Assembly (NCBI GenBank): GCA_951406725.2
Contig: OX597834.1
Coordinates: 37,696,001 to 37,760,000 of the forward strand
Direction of reading: 5' to 3'
Length of the DNA stretch: 64,000 bases
Source: Octopus vulgaris
Lineage: Eukaryota
Below are positions 48,694 to 62,562 of the stretch, piece by piece. A program made the translations under genes and the position numbers. Position 1 is the first letter of the stretch; each line of letters opens with the position of its first letter. Below the pieces are notes generated by a model that was not told the origin of the DNA, ran no database searches, and saw only the letters and a program-made list of their open reading frames with translations.

Positions 48694-49567
48694 AGAAGAA
48701 GAAGAGTGTAATAATGTCGTAGAGTATCGGAATGGTATGTTGATGGAATGGCAAAACTGTCTCAAAGAGGGGGTAGATTGCCGATAATACAGCGCAGCGC
48801 TTCGTGTTATTGAACTGTTCATATTCTTCTTCATATTCTTCTTCATTTTCTTATCTTTTTATTTTGTTTTCCTTCCTCTTTATTTTATTAATTCTTTTTT
48901 TTGGATTTTTATTGCTTCTATATATTTGTGTTTATTTGGATTTTTTTTGTTTTTGTTTGTGTGTGTGGTGGGGATTATGTATATATTTTACAGTCGTTGT
49001 TGTGTTGTTGTTGTTGTTGCGGTTATTGTTGTTGTTGTTGTTGATATAAATTTCTTTTTCTCTATGATACAAGCGACCCCGATAGCTTGAAACTGAAAAA
49101 TTTTGCAGCAAATTATCTTATCGATCTTGCTAACTGATAATGTTAAGCAGTATGGCGTTGTTTTTTTGCTGGTGGTGGAGAGGGTGGTGGCGATGTTGGT
49201 GTGGGGGGGGGTAAGAAAAAATAATGGCTGTTCAGATTATTGTTCGTGTGTGGAGATGATAATGTGTGTTTAAACATACGTATATACTTATATGCAGATG
49301 CTCATAAACACACACAAATATATATACACGCAAACACACTCATATATACTCACTCACACACACACACACGCATATACATATATATATATATATATATATA
49401 CACATCCATATACATACACAGACTAACACACACGTACACATATAGACACCTATGCACATATACATAGACACACACATACAGATACGTATAATCATACACA
49501 CACGCACACACATATATATATATATATACAGACATACACATACAGACACGTATGATCGTACACACAC

Positions 49568-49606
<39 letters not shown>

Positions 49607-49789
49607 AAGGTTCAATGGCCATATTGTTGCTGCCGGTGCCGGGCCTGTGACAAATATATCTACAGAATCGCTCATATATAGTTGAAGGATGGGAAAAAAA
49701 AACACAATGACAGATTCCCCCACCCACCCGACCCTAGAACGGTAACTACTGCTGCCGAAGTAACAACAACAGTAAATAAAACAAAATAA

Positions 49790-50820
49790 TCGTTAGAGCA
49801 TCAGATAAAAGTGCCTTGTGGTATTTCTTCTCGTTTGTTACGTAATGGGTTTTGAATCATACCGAGGTTCAGTTGCCGTTTATCTTTCCGGGGTTCGTAA
49901 AAGTAAAGTACTAATGTGACTAATGGGGGTCGACCCCCATCGACTAACACGTCTCCTGAAAATTACTAAACCTGTATCTATATCAGAAGTCGATCTGCCG
50001 AGGTTTGCTTTCAGCTTCATTCTTTCGGATTCGATAAATTACCAGTCATGTACTGGGGTCAGTGTAATCGGCTAAACCTTCCGTCTTATTGCCAAATTCA
50101 GAATGAATTATTACTATTATTAAAGCGGTGAGCTGGCAGAATCGTTAGCACGCCGGGCGATATGCTTAGCGGTGTTTCGTCTGCCGTTACGTTCTGAGTT
50201 CAAATTCCGCCGAGGTCGACTTTGCCTTTCATCCTTTCGGAGTCGATAAATTAAGTATCAGTTACGTACTGGGATCGATATAATCGACTTAATCTGTTTG
50301 TCTGTCCTTGTTTGCCCTCTCTGTGCGTAGCCCCTTGTGGGCAGTAAAAAAATAGATATAATCGACTTAATCCGTTTGTCTGTCCTTGTTTGTCCTCTCT
50401 GTTTAGCCCCTTGTGGGTAGTAAAGAAATAGGTATTTCGCTCGTCGCTACGTTCTGAGTTCAAATTCCGCCGAGGTTGACTTTGCCTTTCATCCTTTCGG
50501 GGTCGATAAATTAAGTACCAGTTACGCACTGGGGTCGATACAATCGACTAGTCCCCTCCCCTGCAAATTTCAGGCCTTGTGCCTATAGTAGAAAGGATTG
50601 TTATTAGGGCGGCGAGCTGGCACGCTGGACGAAGTGCAAAGCGGTAATTCGTCCGTCTCTACAGTCTGAGTTCAAATTCCGCCGAGGTTGACTTTGCCTT
50701 GCATCCTTTCAGGGGTTGATAAATTAAGTACCAGTTGAATACTGGGGTCGATGCAATCGACTCGTCCTCACCACCCCCGCCCAAAACAAAAGCTGCCCTT
50801 TTGGCAAAATTTAAAACCAC
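49790..50820 (+). mobile_element. Cluster of SINE family A copies of different ages
   Basis: Degenerate copies at 49790-50100; intact heads at 50124 and 50607. Confidence 0.88.
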
Positions 50821-51622
50821 TAATATTATTAGACAAAAGCAGCAGCAGTAGTAGAAGAAGAAGAAGAAAATGAGGGGGTAGACGTTTTAGCGATAAAATT
50901 GTCCATATCGAAATGGCAGCAGCCACTTTAACAAAGCCAACATGATCAGAATACAGCTGTAGAGTAATAATAATAACAACAACAACTTTATCAATAATAA
51001 CTACATCAATAACAATAGTATCGATAAGAGCAATATGAACAACAAAAATAAAAAGAAAACAAACACACACAATGCAATAACAATAATCTAACAATAACAA
51101 TGATAACAACGACAACAACCGAAACAACAACAATATGAGTAATACCAAACAAACGCCGATCAATATTAAACATACGTGTATGGGGGTGGGGTGGTTACAA
51201 CAACGACAGTCGCGGTGGTGTCTTCATCGTCAGCAGAAGCTACAACAGCAACGATGACAGCAAGGGTTTGTGGAGGGTTTTTTTTATTTTTATGAGAGCT
51301 GAGAAGCTAAAACATCATCATCATCATCGGCAATAAATAACAAAATGGAGAAGTTTTTTTTCAATCAATAAACGAGTCCGATTTATCGAATTTTTTTTTT
51401 TTTTTTTTGCTGAACAGTTTGGAGGGAAATTAAGATTTTAACAATGTTTTAAGGTTGCAACGAAAGTCAATATGAATCACGCACTCACACAGTGTGTGTG
51501 TGTGTGTGTGCTCTTTTTGTTGTTTCAGTCATTTTTTGTAAAGCCTAGTTACACAGCCTATCCGTCTGTTATGCCGTACCGTTCGGTTACAGTGACGAAA
51601 ACACACGTACACCGGTTGTCTA

Positions 51623-51850
51623 AGGCGGCGAGCTGGCAGACACGTTAGCGCACCGGTCGAAATACTTAGCGGTATTTCGTCTGTCTTTACGTTCTGAGTT
51701 CAAATTCCGCCGAAGTCGACTTTGCCTTTCAACCTTTCGGGGTCGATTAAATAAGTACCAGTTACGCACTGGGGCCGATGTAATCAACTTAATCCGTTTG
51801 TCTGTCCTTGTTTGTCCTCTCTGTGTTTATCCCCTTGAGGGTAGTAAAGA
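51623..51850 (+). mobile_element. SINE family A inserted into a minus-strand family B SINE
   Basis: ggttgtc occurs on both sides (about 51614 and 51852); family B remnants at 51520-51620 and 51852-51950. Confidence 0.85.
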
Positions 51851-52122
51851 AGGTTGTCAAGCGGAGGAAACGAACAAACACAGATACAAAGACACACACT
51901 CGCATACATATATGATAGGCTTCTTTTAGTTTCCATCTACCAAAGTATTCATATAGGTGCTTTTCTAAATAAAATTGCACTTCCTTTGTGAAGCTCCGAC
52001 GAAGCTATAGAGTGAGACACAAGCACTCAGCTATGAGTGCATTGCATCTTGTAGCAGAAACAAATGGAAGCTAAAGAAGACCATTACATAATTTCTTATT
52101 TCCTTGTCATTTTAAAATTTTC

Positions 52123-52154
<32 letters not shown>

Positions 52155-52472
52155 GACGCCCTGGGAATTTAGAAACTTACGAGGAACGTGAAATAAATTA
52201 TTAGCGATGTAACTCGAAACCTGTAAATAAAAGCGTGTAAATTTGGGGTTAAAAAAGAAATCATTAAAGAGGGATCATTCAAAGGAAAATGCCGAAGGCA
52301 GCCCCTGTGATTCGAACCCGTTTCTTCAGTAAAGAAGACACTCTGAATGTTGTTAACTCATTAAATATGTACAGCCACATAAATTCTTTATATTTTGAAT
52401 ATGTAAATGAAACACATAAAATGAGAGCAAGACAAAGAGATCTCCACTTTATGAAAAACCAGAAAATAATAA

Positions 52473-53432
52473 GGCGGCGACCTCGCATTCTGAGTTCAAA
52501 TTCCGCCGAGGTCGACTTAGCCTTTCCTCCTTTCGGAGTCGATAAAATAGGTATCAGTCAAGTACTGGAGTCAATCTAATCGACTGGGCCCCTCCCCACA
52601 AATTTCACGCCTTGTGCCTAAAGTAGAAAGAATTTATAGCCCCTTGTGGGTAGTAAAGAAATAAGTAACTACAAAATAATTTTCCCACAAGATCTGTAAT
52701 AAAAGTTTGTGAATATGGCTGATTGAATTAAAAGGTTACCCAAAATGAAGATTTGATCCGGATATGTTCAAGGAAGTCAACTCGGTAAAAGGAACGCCCA
52801 CGAGTTCTGCTTTGCCTTTCATCCTTTCGAGGCCAATAAAATAAATAACAGTTGAATTAGTGGGGTTGATACTTACTCCCCTGAAATACCTTGCCTTGTC
52901 TCAAAAATTTGAAATAATAATAATAATTATTATTAATATTATCATTATAAAAAGGCGGCGAACTGACAGAATCGTTAGCACGCCGGGCGAAATGCGTAGC
53001 CGTATTTCGTCTGCCGTTACGGTCTAAGTTCAAATTCCGCCGAGGTCGACTTTGCCTTTCATCCTTTCGGGGTCGATAAATTAAGTACCAGTTACGCACT
53101 GGGGTCGATATAATCGACTTAATCCGTTTGTCTATCCTTGTTTGTCCTCTCTGTGTTTAGCCCCTTGTGGGTAGTAAAGAAGTAGGTATTTCGTCTGACG
53201 CTACGTTCTGAGTTCAAATTCCGCCGAGGTCGACTTTGCCTTTCATCCTTTCGGGGTCGATTAAAAAAAGTACCAGTTACGCACTGGGGTCGATTAAATA
53301 AGTACCAGTTACGTACTGGGGTCGATTAAATAAGTACCAGTTACGCACTGAGGTCGATATAATCGACTTAATCCCTTTGTCTGTCCTTGATTGTCCTCTT
53401 TGTGTTTAGCCCCTTGTGGGTAGTAAAGAAAT
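52473..53432 (+). mobile_element. Cluster of SINE family A copies, with an internal triplication of about 32 bp
   Basis: Heads at 52473 and 52953; ggggtcgattaaataagtaccagttacg(c/t)act repeated at about 53253-53350. Confidence 0.88.
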
Positions 53433-53776
53433 ATGTAATGGCACCGATATATTTCGGTGGACTTGGTTCAGTAAAATTTATTCGTTGAATGATTAGCTTC
53501 GAGTATAGTAAAAAAAAAACAATAAATACAAATATGAACGTTTGTCTGTATCGGTGACGTAACTAGATGTGCCTCCCCAACTCAGGCTCCGAAACTAATT
53601 CAAGAATACACTGCAGACCCAAAAGAACTGCCACCATAAAAGCACCGCCCGGGGCGAACTGCCTAAATATACGTTGGTTTGTACACCATTTTAGCTATTT
53701 GAAAAGCATTAACGTCGCTTATTGGCGATACACTCAAAATAAAGTATATGAGATATCTTAGACGTTTTGTTTATGA

Positions 53777-53982
53777 ATAGATATTTCCCTCGACGGGATT
53801 TGAACTCAGGGCGCAGAGATCTGAAACAAATGCAAGATAACACTTTCAGACACGTGTTTTTCTTTAAAAAAAACAATATATATTTTTTTTTTTGAAGAAA
53901 AACGCGTGTCTGAAAGTGTTAGCTTGCATTTGATTCAGCTCTCTGCGCCCTGAGTTCAAATCCCATTGAAGGAAATATCTAT
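53777..53982. repeat. Near-perfect palindrome with arms of about 100 bp, containing a SINE-type B box
   Basis: gggatttgaactcagggcgcagaga...ttcagacacg / cgtgtctgaa...tctctgcgccctgagttcaaatccc. Confidence 0.93.
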
Positions 53983-54221
53983 CTATCTATCTATCTTTTT
54001 TTCTTTATTCTTTTTATTTTTTATTTTATTTATTTTTTTTTTTGTTCTTTTCTTCCCTTTTACGATCCCTCTTGATCGAAAACCTACGCCACCCCCTTTT
54101 TTTTTTGTTTTCTTCATCCCCCAAAAAGCTCTACCTTGTAACTTGTCCCATCTGTGTGCAGCCCTGTGTGGCCAATAAAGAAACTTATCTATCTATCTAT
54201 CTATCTCTCTCTATATATATA

Positions 54222-54414
54222 TGGGGTGTTCAAAAAGTCTCTCCGCAGTGATTTTTTTTTTTTAATTCATGTATTGAAAATGAAGGACGATACTTTCATC
54301 ACCTCTTATAAAGTTTTTTAAAGTCTAATATATTCTTTTGTAGTCTTATACCATCTTATAAATATTTATTTTGCAATAAAATACTTACTGAGGAGAGACT
54401 TTTTGAACACCCTG
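54222..54414. mobile_element. Tc1/mariner MITE
   Basis: TIRs gggtgttcaaaaagtctctcc / ggagagactttttgaacaccctg, flanked by TA. Confidence 0.88.
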
Positions 54415-54849
54415 TACGTAAATATGTACAAAACTGGAGAATTAGGTTCTTCTTTACTAAATGGATAATTTAATACGATAGTCAAGAAAAATCATACCTT
54501 TGATAATAAAAATTGTGAAGCAGCAAGTAATACAAAAGAAAATATGGCTCCGTTTGCCTTTTTCCACATCGTTCAGGATATACCGTTCTTAGCGGATGTA
54601 CACAACACTTTATAGTCGGAATGAAATGAATACAAATAAAAAATATGGTAAATTTTCTCGTCTTGCGCCACCACCACCACCCTACCACACACATTCATTC
54701 ATATGTGTGTGTATGTGTACAGCCACACACAACATACTCATACACACACAATAAGTAGTAAACGGATCTCAGCTAGTTTCGACGATCGTTATTCAGTTGT
54801 TTGACGAACTGAATTCGCCGTCGGCATTAACACGTATCCAAATATTTTA

Positions 54850-55120
54850 CCTGTAGCGGAGTGATGGATACAAAGGGTGGTGCCTGAGTTGGCAGTCCAG
54901 GCCAAGGGTTGTATAGAAGAGCCGGGGGCAGTTATTGCAGGAGAGTGCTGGCGGAGGGTTGACGAGGATGTACGAATCGCGCTTTGCGTCTTCGATGTCA
55001 ATTCTCTGCCGCTTGACGTCAGTTATTGTCCATCTAGTCCGTTCCCTTCACAATGACAATGCCGCCATTTTGGGTGGTCCTTGACGATTGTCTCCCAGGC
55101 ATTTGAGTCAATGGGGAAGC
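54850..55120 (-). mobile_element. RTE LINE 3' fragment with a C2H2-like tail
   Basis: KWR..; LSCNNCPRLFYTTLGLDCQLRHH (compare the RTE C-terminal CxxCxRxxxxxxGLxSHxRxH). Confidence 0.65.
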
Positions 55121-55134
55121 GGAGGAGAGGGACT

Positions 55135-55397
55135 GGATCTTTTCACTTTGACCGGCAGATTTTTAAAATAATTTCTTTATTTCTATTTCTTCACCTCAAT
55201 ATACGTCATTGATTGGTTGAAATTGCCGAAATGCAAGAAATTAAACAACAAATAGCTTACAAACTACAGAATTTTCTTAAGAAAGCCAAGAGAAAAATAT
55301 GTTTTATAAAAACACATTCTACCAGTATACGAAGTTTAAAAGTGTTTAGTTACAAAGAAATTATTTTAAAAATCTGCCGGTCAAAGTGAAAAGATCC
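55135..55397. mobile_element. MITE with TIRs of about 44 bp
   Basis: ggatcttttcactttgaccggcagatttttaaaataatttcttt and its reverse complement. Confidence 0.9.
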
Positions 55398-56096
55398 GGG
55401 GAGCTAAATTACATGGCAATCGAATAGGATGAAGCAGGATAAACCTCCTTTCCGTGTCATATAGACTCATAAAACCTGGTTTCCTGGTTTCTAATGTCAA
55501 GGGTTCCCGGTTTCTGTTGTGTATACATAGTTTCCCTGAATGGATCAATCATAGGATTACTCGTAGGATTACTCATTTTTTACCTGCTGATTAGACTGGA
55601 GCAAAACAACCTAAAGTTCTTTTTTGCTCAAGAACACAACGCGTTACCCTGTCCACGAATCGAAATCGTAATTTTATGATCATGAGCCCAAAACCTTTAC
55701 CACTAAGCCATGTTCATTCAATCTCATTTCAAAGGGCCAGCCTCAACCAACTCATTGAATCTGCGTCTAAATGACTGAGTATTCCTCAGCCACTCACATG
55801 TACTCTTAATTTAACGCCCAGACAGAATCAAAGTGAAATAGTGGGACGAAGGTGAAACTTTGAATTACAGATAGAGAATATCTGACGGGATTCTGTGCAG
55901 TTTCTGTCTAAAGAGTTTGGATGGAGGATGCGGGTGAGCCAAGGGTATTGTAAATTACAATGACACTTACTGCAGGATCAAACTTCTGATCTTCTGAAAG
56001 CGAAGCGAAGTTCAATATCATTTGGACATGTGCATACACACATACACATATACGCACGTCTGAAGCACGCTTCCCGACTGGTTTCGGTTATTCACT

Positions 56097-56140
<44 letters not shown>

Positions 56141-56141
56141 C

Positions 56142-56191
<50 letters not shown>

Positions 56192-56248
56192 TTAAATAGA
56201 TAGATAGATAGTTAAATAGATAGATAGATAGTTAAATAGATAGATAGT

Positions 56249-56322
<74 letters not shown>
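56097..56322. repeat. (GATA)n microsatellite
   Basis: Direct inspection. Confidence 0.97.
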
Positions 56323-56324
<2 letters not shown>

Positions 56325-57074
56325 GGCAGGAGAGAGAGAGAAATAGAGAGAGGGAGGAGAAACTGGTAAATTAATATTAGCATATTCTAACCATGGATCA
56401 GTAAAAAGATAAATCTAACTCGCTTTAAAGACAGAGAGAAAAGCTAAATAATCTAAGTCGATATTGAGGATTTTCATATTTCCGGCAAGCATGGTAGATA
56501 ACTCCGGACATATTTCAGTCTTCATCGTGCAGTGATGCATACTTTCGATATGGAATAATGAACACTGTGGCTAAATAACCAACTGGCTTCGGTTTGTGAA
56601 CATCTAATTCAAGCATGGTTCGTGAGTTCATCATTTCGACTCTTTGGGCTCTTTGTCGCGTCCTTTCATTTATTAATTCAGTCAATATGTCTAATTTTCG
56701 CATCTCTTTCAAGAAATAGATTCTAGATGCTACTAGAAATGGTGGATGAGATTATACAAACGATGGTCCAACTACGAAGAGAGAGATTTTAATCTTACAT
56801 TCCTTTAATAGGTTCCGAATCCGGATCGATCAAATATCAGCTTTATGAGGTGCTGCCTGCCGGAGCGTATGAATTTCAAGTTCTTTACACAAGTTCTTTG
56901 ATTTTTATGTATATAACAGTTTGTATGTGGAAACGTGTGGCTTAGTGGTTAGCGTGGTGGACTCCTGTTCGTAAGATTGTGGTTTCGATTCCTAGACTGG
57001 GTGATGCGTTGTGTTCTTCAGCAAACCATTTCATTTCACGTTGTTCTAATCCACTCAGCTAGCAAAACTGAGTA

Positions 57075-57622
57075 TAGTGGTTCCTCGGACTATCGCGGAT
57101 GTTATGTTCTAAAATCCTCCCGCGATAGGTGAAAATCCGTGAAGTAGAAACAGTACTGTATTATATATATTTTAAAATTATTTTTATGAGTTGTATATAT
57201 TCATTTTATTTTAAATGCAAAACAACACCACGGAGGAATCGACAGAAGCTTAAGTAATAAACCGCGATAGGTGAACCGCGATATGGCGTGGGATTATTGT
57301 AGTAGCCGAAGTTTAAGGGAACTTTAAGCTAAATAAACAGAAGACCTTTTTAAATGTTGGTATCATTACCAACAAGTGCAGTGTAAATGATTCCTTTAAC
57401 TATATAATAATCCCTCGACTATCGCGGGTGTTACGTTCCAAAACCCTCCCGCGATAGGTGAAAATCCGCGAAATAGAAACAGTACTGTACTGTATATATA
57501 TTTTTAAATTATTTTTGTAATTTGTATATATTTATTTTATCATAAATGCAAAACAACACCACGGAGGAATCGACGTAAGCTTAAATAATAAACCGTGATA
57601 AGTGAACCGCGATATAGCGAGT
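57075..57622. mobile_element. Two head-to-tail Tigger-like MITEs (57075-57299 and 57405-57622) separated by a 105-bp spacer
   Basis: Both carry cctcgactatcgcgg...aaccgcgatat; homologous to 14510-14736. Confidence 0.85.
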
Positions 57623-57686
57623 GGTGAAATTGTGACAGGCCTGACACGTCACCGATAGTTGGTGGATTTATCTAATTAAACAAACG

Positions 57687-57765
57687 GAAGGGAACTTCTG
57701 GACTGAAGGGAACTTCTGGACTGAAGGGAACTTCTGGACTGAAGGGAACTTCTGGACTGAAGGGA
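57687..57765. repeat. 18-bp tandem repeat, about 4.3 copies (gaagggaacttctggact)
   Basis: Perfect tandem copies. Confidence 0.95.
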
Positions 57766-57904
57766 CCAGAGGTATACCCTGGTGTCGGTTACTACTTTTT
57801 TTTTTCTTTATTCGCATCAATTCCTCCCTCGAAGAAATAAACCTAACGACGCTGATTATTTCTTTATTGAATTATAACATTTTGGAATGTGCATAGAATA
57901 GATT

Positions 57905-58200
57905 GATTCTAAATTTTGGTACAAGGCCATCAATTTCAGAGGAAGAATGGAGTAAAGCGATTACATCGACCCCAGTGCGTAACTGGTACTTATTTTATCG
58001 ACCCGAAAGAATGAAAGGCAAATTCGACCTCGGCAGAATTTGAAGTTAAAACGTAATGGCAGACGAAATACCGCTATTTTCTCCGGAATGCTAACGATTC
58101 TGCCAGCTCGCCGTAAGGTCGACCTCGGTGGAATTTGAACTCAGAACGTCAAGACATTTTGTCTGGTGTGCTAATGATTCTGCCAGCTTGTTGCCGCCAT
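57905..58200 (-). mobile_element. SINE family A copies
   Basis: Reverse complement of the head and body; two heads. Confidence 0.85.
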
Positions 58201-58789
58201 ATATCAAATTTTTCTACTAGATGCTGGCCTAGTGCATCTAGTAGAAAAAAAGGATTATTAAATACATTAGAGCAATTAAACATTATGTGACTATGCATGT
58301 GACAGATACACATACAATCGTGTGTGTGTGTGTGTGTGTGTATGATGTGCTGAGAGAGGGAATACGAGAAAAAAGAAAGAAAGAGTGAGAGAGACAGGGA
58401 GAGAGAGAGAAAGAGATAAGCATGAGTGTTTGATTGATCGAGAGTGCGCGAAACTTTAACTTATAGCTGAACATTTCATCCTAGTAATTATTAAGATACC
58501 TCACTTCATATGTTCAGCATTTTTTCTCTGGTTCGTTACAAGCAAAATAAAAAAAGAAAAACAAGAAGAAAAAAAAACACGCACGAGCACACTTGCATGA
58601 GTGTCTATATATATATATCATGAAATTAATAAAGATCAGGAGAACGGAGATTTACACATCCATATTTTATTATACAGTTATTGCTGCATTCTTCCCTTGG
58701 ACCAATCTAACAGTTAACACGGTAACGGCCATGATTATTTGTCGCCTGAAACCATTTCTGGATAAATATCTATATATACATATAAAAAG

Positions 58790-58821
<32 letters not shown>

Positions 58822-58830
58822 ACACATATC

Positions 58831-58913
<83 letters not shown>

Positions 58914-58919
58914 AAATAA

Positions 58920-58950
<31 letters not shown>

Positions 58951-59358
58951 AAAGCTATGTAGTACCTTCATAAATATATATACATATATATATGTATATA
59001 TATAAAAGCTATGTAGTACCTTCATAAACAGGGCTAATCTAGCAGTTTTTCTATAGATTGATAAAAAGTGACGAACAACCTTAATCGATTATCGAATGTC
59101 ATTGAATCCTCATCGGAGGTGTCTTCATCAATTCCACCAATCCAGAGAAACAGGCAGCCAATCCGTGTCTATACTCAACAATTTCACTTGCTACAGGAAA
59201 CTGGGGCTACTTAATTTGCATACCATAAGCGATAAAACCCCATTTTCAATATTAGGGGGCCTACCAACGGGGTTTCTTAATCTACCAACCTTTTCACAGT
59301 GGTTCCCAACTCTTTTATTTAAATGAGATTTCCAACGGAACCCTTTTAATATGTTTAT

Positions 59359-59416
<58 letters not shown>

Positions 59417-60831
59417 CAAATTAATATATAATACATATGCATATATACATACATATACATACGTACCTACATCTATATGTATATATATATATGCATATAT
59501 GGGTACAGGACACCAAAAAGACGTCGAACACAATGAGAAGCGAAAAGATAAACAGAAAACCAAGGAAATGGACATTTTTCTTAAACAACGAAAAAATAGA
59601 GTACAAGACATACAACACAAGGAAAATTCCCCTTCTTCAGCCGCCTCTGTTTCATCTACTCCGCGTTTCGAAGGTAAAGGCGAGACACGACTTCTTAGAA
59701 ACAATCCTTCCCGCAAAAAGCAATTTAAAGAAAATTTGAGATTTTTTTGCGGAGGGTCAAAAATGGTAACAAAGAGAGGACAGTAAAGACAGGTCGTGTT
59801 GCAGCACCAACATAAAATTTATATTTACATTCATATAAAATGTATCTATCAATCTATCTATCTATCTAAAATGTGTGTATGTATATATATATATATATAA
59901 GAAGGAGAGTGCGTGGAGGGGGCGTGTGCTGTGTGGGAATTCCTGTTTTATTTCTTTGGTTTCGACCAATTTTTCTCTCCCATCACCATTGGTAGTTACA
60001 ATGGTAAATATAGGTATGGAACTATATATATGCTTGTATACATATATACATATATATATATATACATATATACATATATACATATATACATATATATGTG
60101 TGTGTATATATATGTATACATATATATATGTCTGTATATATGTATCTATATATATCTATACATATATATGTATATATATATATATATATGTATGTATACA
60201 TATATATGCGTGTATATATGTATGTGTGTATATATCTATGCATGCATATACATGCATACATATACGTATATATATGTATGTGTGTATGTATATATATAAA
60301 TATATATATGTGTATGTGTGCGTATTTAATAACATATATAGGTAGATAGATAGCTATAGATGTATATGTATGCATGTATATGGGAGAGTGTGTGGAGTGA
60401 GCCTGTGCGCCTACGCGTGTATCAGCGCGAGCGATGTGAGAATCCCTGTTTTGTTTCTTTGGTTTCGACCAATTTTTGTCTATCATCACCATTGGTAGTA
60501 ACAATGGTAAATATAGGTATGGAACTAAGGAACAATAGGAGACTGATTGAGATGTGTGTGCGAGAAGGAGGCGTGAAAAGATTATGGAGCATCTGTGTGT
60601 GAGTGTGTGGGGGTGAGGTGGGGGTTTGTGTTATGAACAGATTTTTGGGGTCATATAGGGAAGGAGAGAGAGAGGGGGAGAAAGAGGAGGGAGAGTGACG
60701 TAGGAATATTAAGAGAGAAGGAGAAATAGAAAGCGTGAAAGAAACGAAGAAAGGTGGTGGGTGATTGAGGGGGATGGAGAAAGAAAAGTAAAGAAAAAAT
60801 AAACATACATACATACATACAAAAAAAAAAA

Positions 60832-60880
<49 letters not shown>

Positions 60881-60882
60881 TG

Positions 60883-60957
<75 letters not shown>

Positions 60958-61120
60958 GTATGTATATATATATGTATATATATATATGTATATATATATA
61001 TATGTATATGTATATATATATGTATATATATATGTATATGTATATATATATGTACACATATATATATGTATATATATATATATGTATATATATATATGTG
61101 TATATATATGTATATATGTA

Positions 61121-61151
<31 letters not shown>

Positions 61152-61162
61152 GTGTGTGTGCG
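60832..61162. repeat. (TA)/(TG) microsatellite
   Basis: Direct inspection. Confidence 0.95.
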
Positions 61163-61249
61163 TATCAAAGAGAGAGAGAAAGAGAAAGAGACTTATTCAT
61201 AGATAAAAAGATTGATTTTAAGATAAATACGTAGACACGTATATGTATT

Positions 61250-61424
<175 letters not shown>

Positions 61425-61824
61425 GGTTTATATCATTGCTAATATGAAAAAAGGACTGAATGTTTCCTGAAGTGTGTGTATAAATAATATACAAGATGGG
61501 AAATAAGAGTGTATAATAATAATATACATAGGAACTGTGAGATGTGAGTATATAATAATATAGAAGCTGGGAGATGATGCGGTCAATTATGTGGGACAGT
61601 TTTATTAAATCTACATCAAAGCACCTCCATCATGTGACCCTGCCTCCCCCGCCAGCCTCCCACTGGAACAAGCCCTACATTCCATCTCTGATAGATTTGT
61701 TCTGCATAATCACCACCCAGCGTTACTCTCTATTCGTTCAAATATTATTAGACATTGATAACATTTTAGCTATTTATTTCTGGGGTTGGGTTTATGCATA
61801 CAAACGCACGTGCACGCGCAGACG

Positions 61825-61905
<81 letters not shown>

Positions 61906-62163
61906 ATAAAATGAAAAGTACAGAAACTCATAAATAAAAAAAATGTATGTACTCATACATGTGAGTATATGTGTGTGTGTATATGTATGTGTGTATGTGT
62001 GTGTATGTGTGGTGTTTGTGTGCGTGCGTGTGACAGTGTGTGCATACGTATATATATAAATATAGGTATATATGTACGTAATATATTTATATATTTATAA
62101 GTACATACAGGTATATATATTATATGTATGTGTGTATATAGTTATATATATGTTTAGATAGCT

Positions 62164-62215
<52 letters not shown>

Positions 62216-62240
62216 CCATAGAACTAGCTATCTCTATCTA

Positions 62241-62289
<49 letters not shown>

Positions 62290-62361
62290 ATATGTATATA
62301 TATATGCGTGTGTGTGTATATATGTGTGTGTGCCTGTGCACATATATAAAGAGAACGATAG

Positions 62362-62373
62362 TTAGATAGATAA

Positions 62374-62435
<62 letters not shown>

Positions 62436-62456
62436 TGATTGATTGATTGATTGATT

Positions 62457-62543
<87 letters not shown>

Positions 62544-62562
62544 TGATTGATTGATAGATAGG
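62362..62562. repeat. (GATA)/(GATT) microsatellite
   Basis: Direct inspection. Confidence 0.95.

Noticed and set aside
31371-53099. Recurrent ORF MRNWYLIYRPRKDERQSRPRRNLNSER at four loci
   Set aside because: It is the antisense translation of SINE family A, not a gene family.
54789-55075. Possible C2H2 zinc-finger exon with a YY1-like motif and CAG/GTAAAA donor
   Set aside because: It is a single degenerate finger in the context typical of RTE LINE 3' ends.
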